From: Ruegeria sp.
GTDB lineage: Bacteria; Pseudomonadota; Alphaproteobacteria; Rhodobacterales; Rhodobacteraceae
Direction of reading: 5' to 3'
Length of the DNA stretch: 64,000 nt
Assembly (NCBI RefSeq): GCF_965221235.1
Contig: NZ_CBDCRS010000005.1
Coordinates: forward strand, 48,076 to 112,075
The notes under the pieces are model-generated. The model made no database searches. It was not told the origin of the DNA and was given only the letters and a program-made list of their open reading frames with translations. The translations under genes were made by a program, and so were the position numbers. Shown piece by piece: positions 61,912 to 64,000 of this stretch; the first letter of the stretch is position 1; the number at the start of each line of letters is the position of its first letter.

Positions 61912-63981
61912 TCAGGCGATCATCGCATCATCGGGAACCCAAGTGTCGACAAACTGAACGTCGTCATCAATCGCGAAAGCGGTGATTTCACCGTCAACAT
62001 CACGACCCCATGCGGTTCCAAGCGTCCAAGCACGGTCGCGACCACCCGAGAAGTCAAAGTCGACGCTGGTTTCGTCAATGACAACCTCACCGTCCACAAG
62101 CACCTGAAGGCGATCTGCGTCTTCATCAACCAAAACGGTGATCGTGTGAGATTCGGTGTCGTTCAGCCCGATATCTCCGCTTGCAAAGCCCTTGTGGAAC
62201 TTGACGTCATCAGAGCCCACATGTGCGATCAACCCGTCTCCGGTAATCGTCAGGCCAACCTTCGTGTGGTTCCAGACCAGGCGCTGGCTGCTGCCATCGG
62301 CCTCGTCCCGGGAATACTCGACGGTAAAGGCAATCTGACCTGAATCACCGAATTCAGGAAGCTTGCCGATATTGACGTAGTCATCCTTACCATCGAACTG
62401 AAGCGCCGGACCCGATCCTGTATCCGCGACAAACGTGTCCCCTTTCAATGAGGCCTGATCGTTTCCGGGCAGGCCCGCGATATCCAGAACAAAGTCGTCA
62501 AAGACCATTGTTTCAGGCTGCTCGGCTGTTGTGCCGGACGTGTCGTCGCCGCTATCGGGATTTGTCGTGCTTGGGAGCGGGCTGACAGAGCCAGTATCCG
62601 TGTCCGGGCTGGTTGTCGTGGTATCCGTTCCACCGGTATCCGGACTAGAACTGGACGATCCGGTATCGGTTGTGTCCGTGCCCGAAGTATCTGTGTTCGT
62701 AGTATCGGTGCTCGGCGCGGTCCCACTGGTGTCGGGGTTGGTCGTTCCCGTGTCGGGGCTTGTGGTTGAGGTGTTTGAGCCCGTCGACCCGGTCGTGCTG
62801 GTGCCGACCCAGCTGTCGTAGGACAGTGGGAATTGGTAGGCCAGATCCGAACCCGCTCCGGTCGTGTCAATGATGCTGCCAGGCTGGACGCCAAACTGAT
62901 TATACCCGTCTTGTGCACCGGTGGCATGGAAAATGAACAGATCACCGTAGTAGTTCGGCCCGCTTGGGTTTGTGTTCTGGACATAGACATTGCCGGTGAG
63001 GTTCCAGCTGGACTGACCGCTATATCCGATAATGTCCGACGTGACGTTATGATCAATCGTGACGTTCTGCGACGTGCCGCCAACCCGGATTGCCGGGATC
63101 GAAACACCGCCGGTCAACAGGCCGGGTACGGCCAGCACCGTGTTGTTGCTGATGTTTACATCCTGCGCGCTGCCAAGGGAAATCCCGTGCGTATGCGCGT
63201 TGTAGATCATGTTATCTTCGATCAGAACGTTGGTATAGAACAGGTTCGGATCGTTGGGGTCTGTGCCTGCGTTGCCCAAAAAGATGGCCTGCGCATAGTC
63301 ACCCGAACCCATGTCGATAACGTTCTCGCGGATCGTGATGTCGCTGCTTGGGCCGTTGATCTTCGAGAACTGGATGAAGTCTGCATGATCACCCGAGTTG
63401 AGCGAGCGGTTAAAGTCGTGCAGATAGTTACCTTCGATCAAAATGCCCTTGTTGGCGTCGATGAAGATTCCGTCCGCCCGGATCGAATGGATATTGTTGC
63501 CTGTGATCGCAACATCCTGACTGATGCCGGATGCAATGCCGATGCGCCAGTTGTAGAACTCATTGTTGTCTACGGTCACGCTCGAGCTGCCGCGGATATA
63601 CAATCCGTAACCCGTCCCATAGCCATCGGCGGTCGACGACACACCCGAGGCCAGATCCCCATCAAAGGTCGAGTTCTTGATTGTGATGTTTGAGCTGTTC
63701 TGAATCTGGAACGGCCGGTAGCTCTGCGGCTCTCCGTTAAACGTGTAATCGAAGGTCACATCTTCAAATGTAACATTCGACGCACCATTCACCCTGAGTT
63801 CCGAAATTTCGGCGGGCGCGTTCGGGTCCGCTGATTTGATTGTGACGTTGGATGCGTATTGAGTGTTGATGTTCAGGCGGCCATAGTCCCCCGCCTGTAA
63901 CAGGATCGTTTCCCCACCTTGTGCCTGAGACAAAGCCTGGTCCAGCTCTGCCTTCGAGGTAACAATAATTGTCGTCGACAT
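61912..63981 (-). CDS. Right-handed beta-helix protein with Thr/Ser/Asp-rich linker and LamG-like C-terminal domain
   Basis: V...EL..AL..A.GGETILL..G.Y start, repeated N(I/V).I..N ladders, linker 62511-62809, FDGKDDYV beta-sandwich start; no signal peptide. Confidence 0.75.
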   Translation of the reverse strand: MSTTIIVTSKAELDQALSQAQGGETILLQAGDYGRLNINTQYASNVTIKSADPNAPAEISELRVNGASNVTFEDVTFDYTFNGEPQSYRPFQIQNSSNITIKNSTFDGDLASGVSSTADGYGTGYGLYIRGSSSVTVDNNEFYNWRIGIASGISQDVAITGNNIHSIRADGIFIDANKGILIEGNYLHDFNRSLNSGDHADFIQFSKINGPSSDITIRENVIDMGSGDYAQAIFLGNAGTDPNDPNLFYTNVLIEDNMIYNAHTHGISLGSAQDVNISNNTVLAVPGLLTGGVSIPAIRVGGTSQNVTIDHNVTSDIIGYSGQSSWNLTGNVYVQNTNPSGPNYYGDLFIFHATGAQDGYNQFGVQPGSIIDTTGAGSDLAYQFPLSYDSWVGTSTTGSTGSNTSTTSPDTGTTNPDTSGTAPSTDTTNTDTSGTDTTDTGSSSSSPDTGGTDTTTTSPDTDTGSVSPLPSTTNPDSGDDTSGTTAEQPETMVFDDFVLDIAGLPGNDQASLKGDTFVADTGSGPALQFDGKDDYVNIGKLPEFGDSGQIAFTVEYSRDEADGSSQRLVWNHTKVGLTITGDGLIAHVGSDDVKFHKGFASGDIGLNDTESHTITVLVDEDADRLQVLVDGEVVIDETSVDFDFSGGRDRAWTLGTAWGRDVDGEITAFAIDDDVQFVDTWVPDDAMIA

Positions 63982-64000
63982 ATTTCACCTTTGTTGCATA

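Noticed and set aside
62833-63981. Beta-helix protein as an AlgE mannuronan epimerase
   Set aside because: Lacks the YG(F/I)DPH catalytic motif and RTX R-modules; kept only as a generic glycan-active candidate

Overview
GC-rich alphaproteobacterial DNA; gene content suggests Rhodobacteraceae/Roseobacter group (inference). Five blocks. (1) 1-8.8 kb: amine catabolism. The N-methylglutamate genes mgsABC and gmaS and an XRE-cupin regulator are followed by a nitronate monooxygenase and a separate unit of Rieske oxygenase, glyoxalase I, EutQ-like cupin and the start of a second glutamine-synthetase-family gene that the ORF track misses. (2) 9.3-15.2 kb: serralysin-like RTX metalloprotease with ~106-aa Trp-rich tandem repeats, broken by an IS21. 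(3) 15.5-27.8 kb: surface-glycan genes (rfbA, sulfotransferase-like, methyltransferase, GT4, HAD/PRTase protein, glf, DUF707-like, GT25, MsbA-like ABC exporter). (4) 28.1-36.6 kb: an IS pile-up of a second IS21, an IS481 stub, an IS30 interrupted by IS630 and IS701, and an IS1202-type element carrying a DUF4279-like passenger, inserted 5 bp from a dif-like XerC/D site. (5) 36.6-64 kb: Wzx/Wzy exopolysaccharide locus with exosortase, AlgD-like dehydrogenase, two sulfotransferases, FemAB-like and deacetylase genes, one IS5-disrupted membrane gene and a beta-helix protein. No rRNA, tRNA or CRISPR array was seen. Family names come from motif recognition only; no database search was run.
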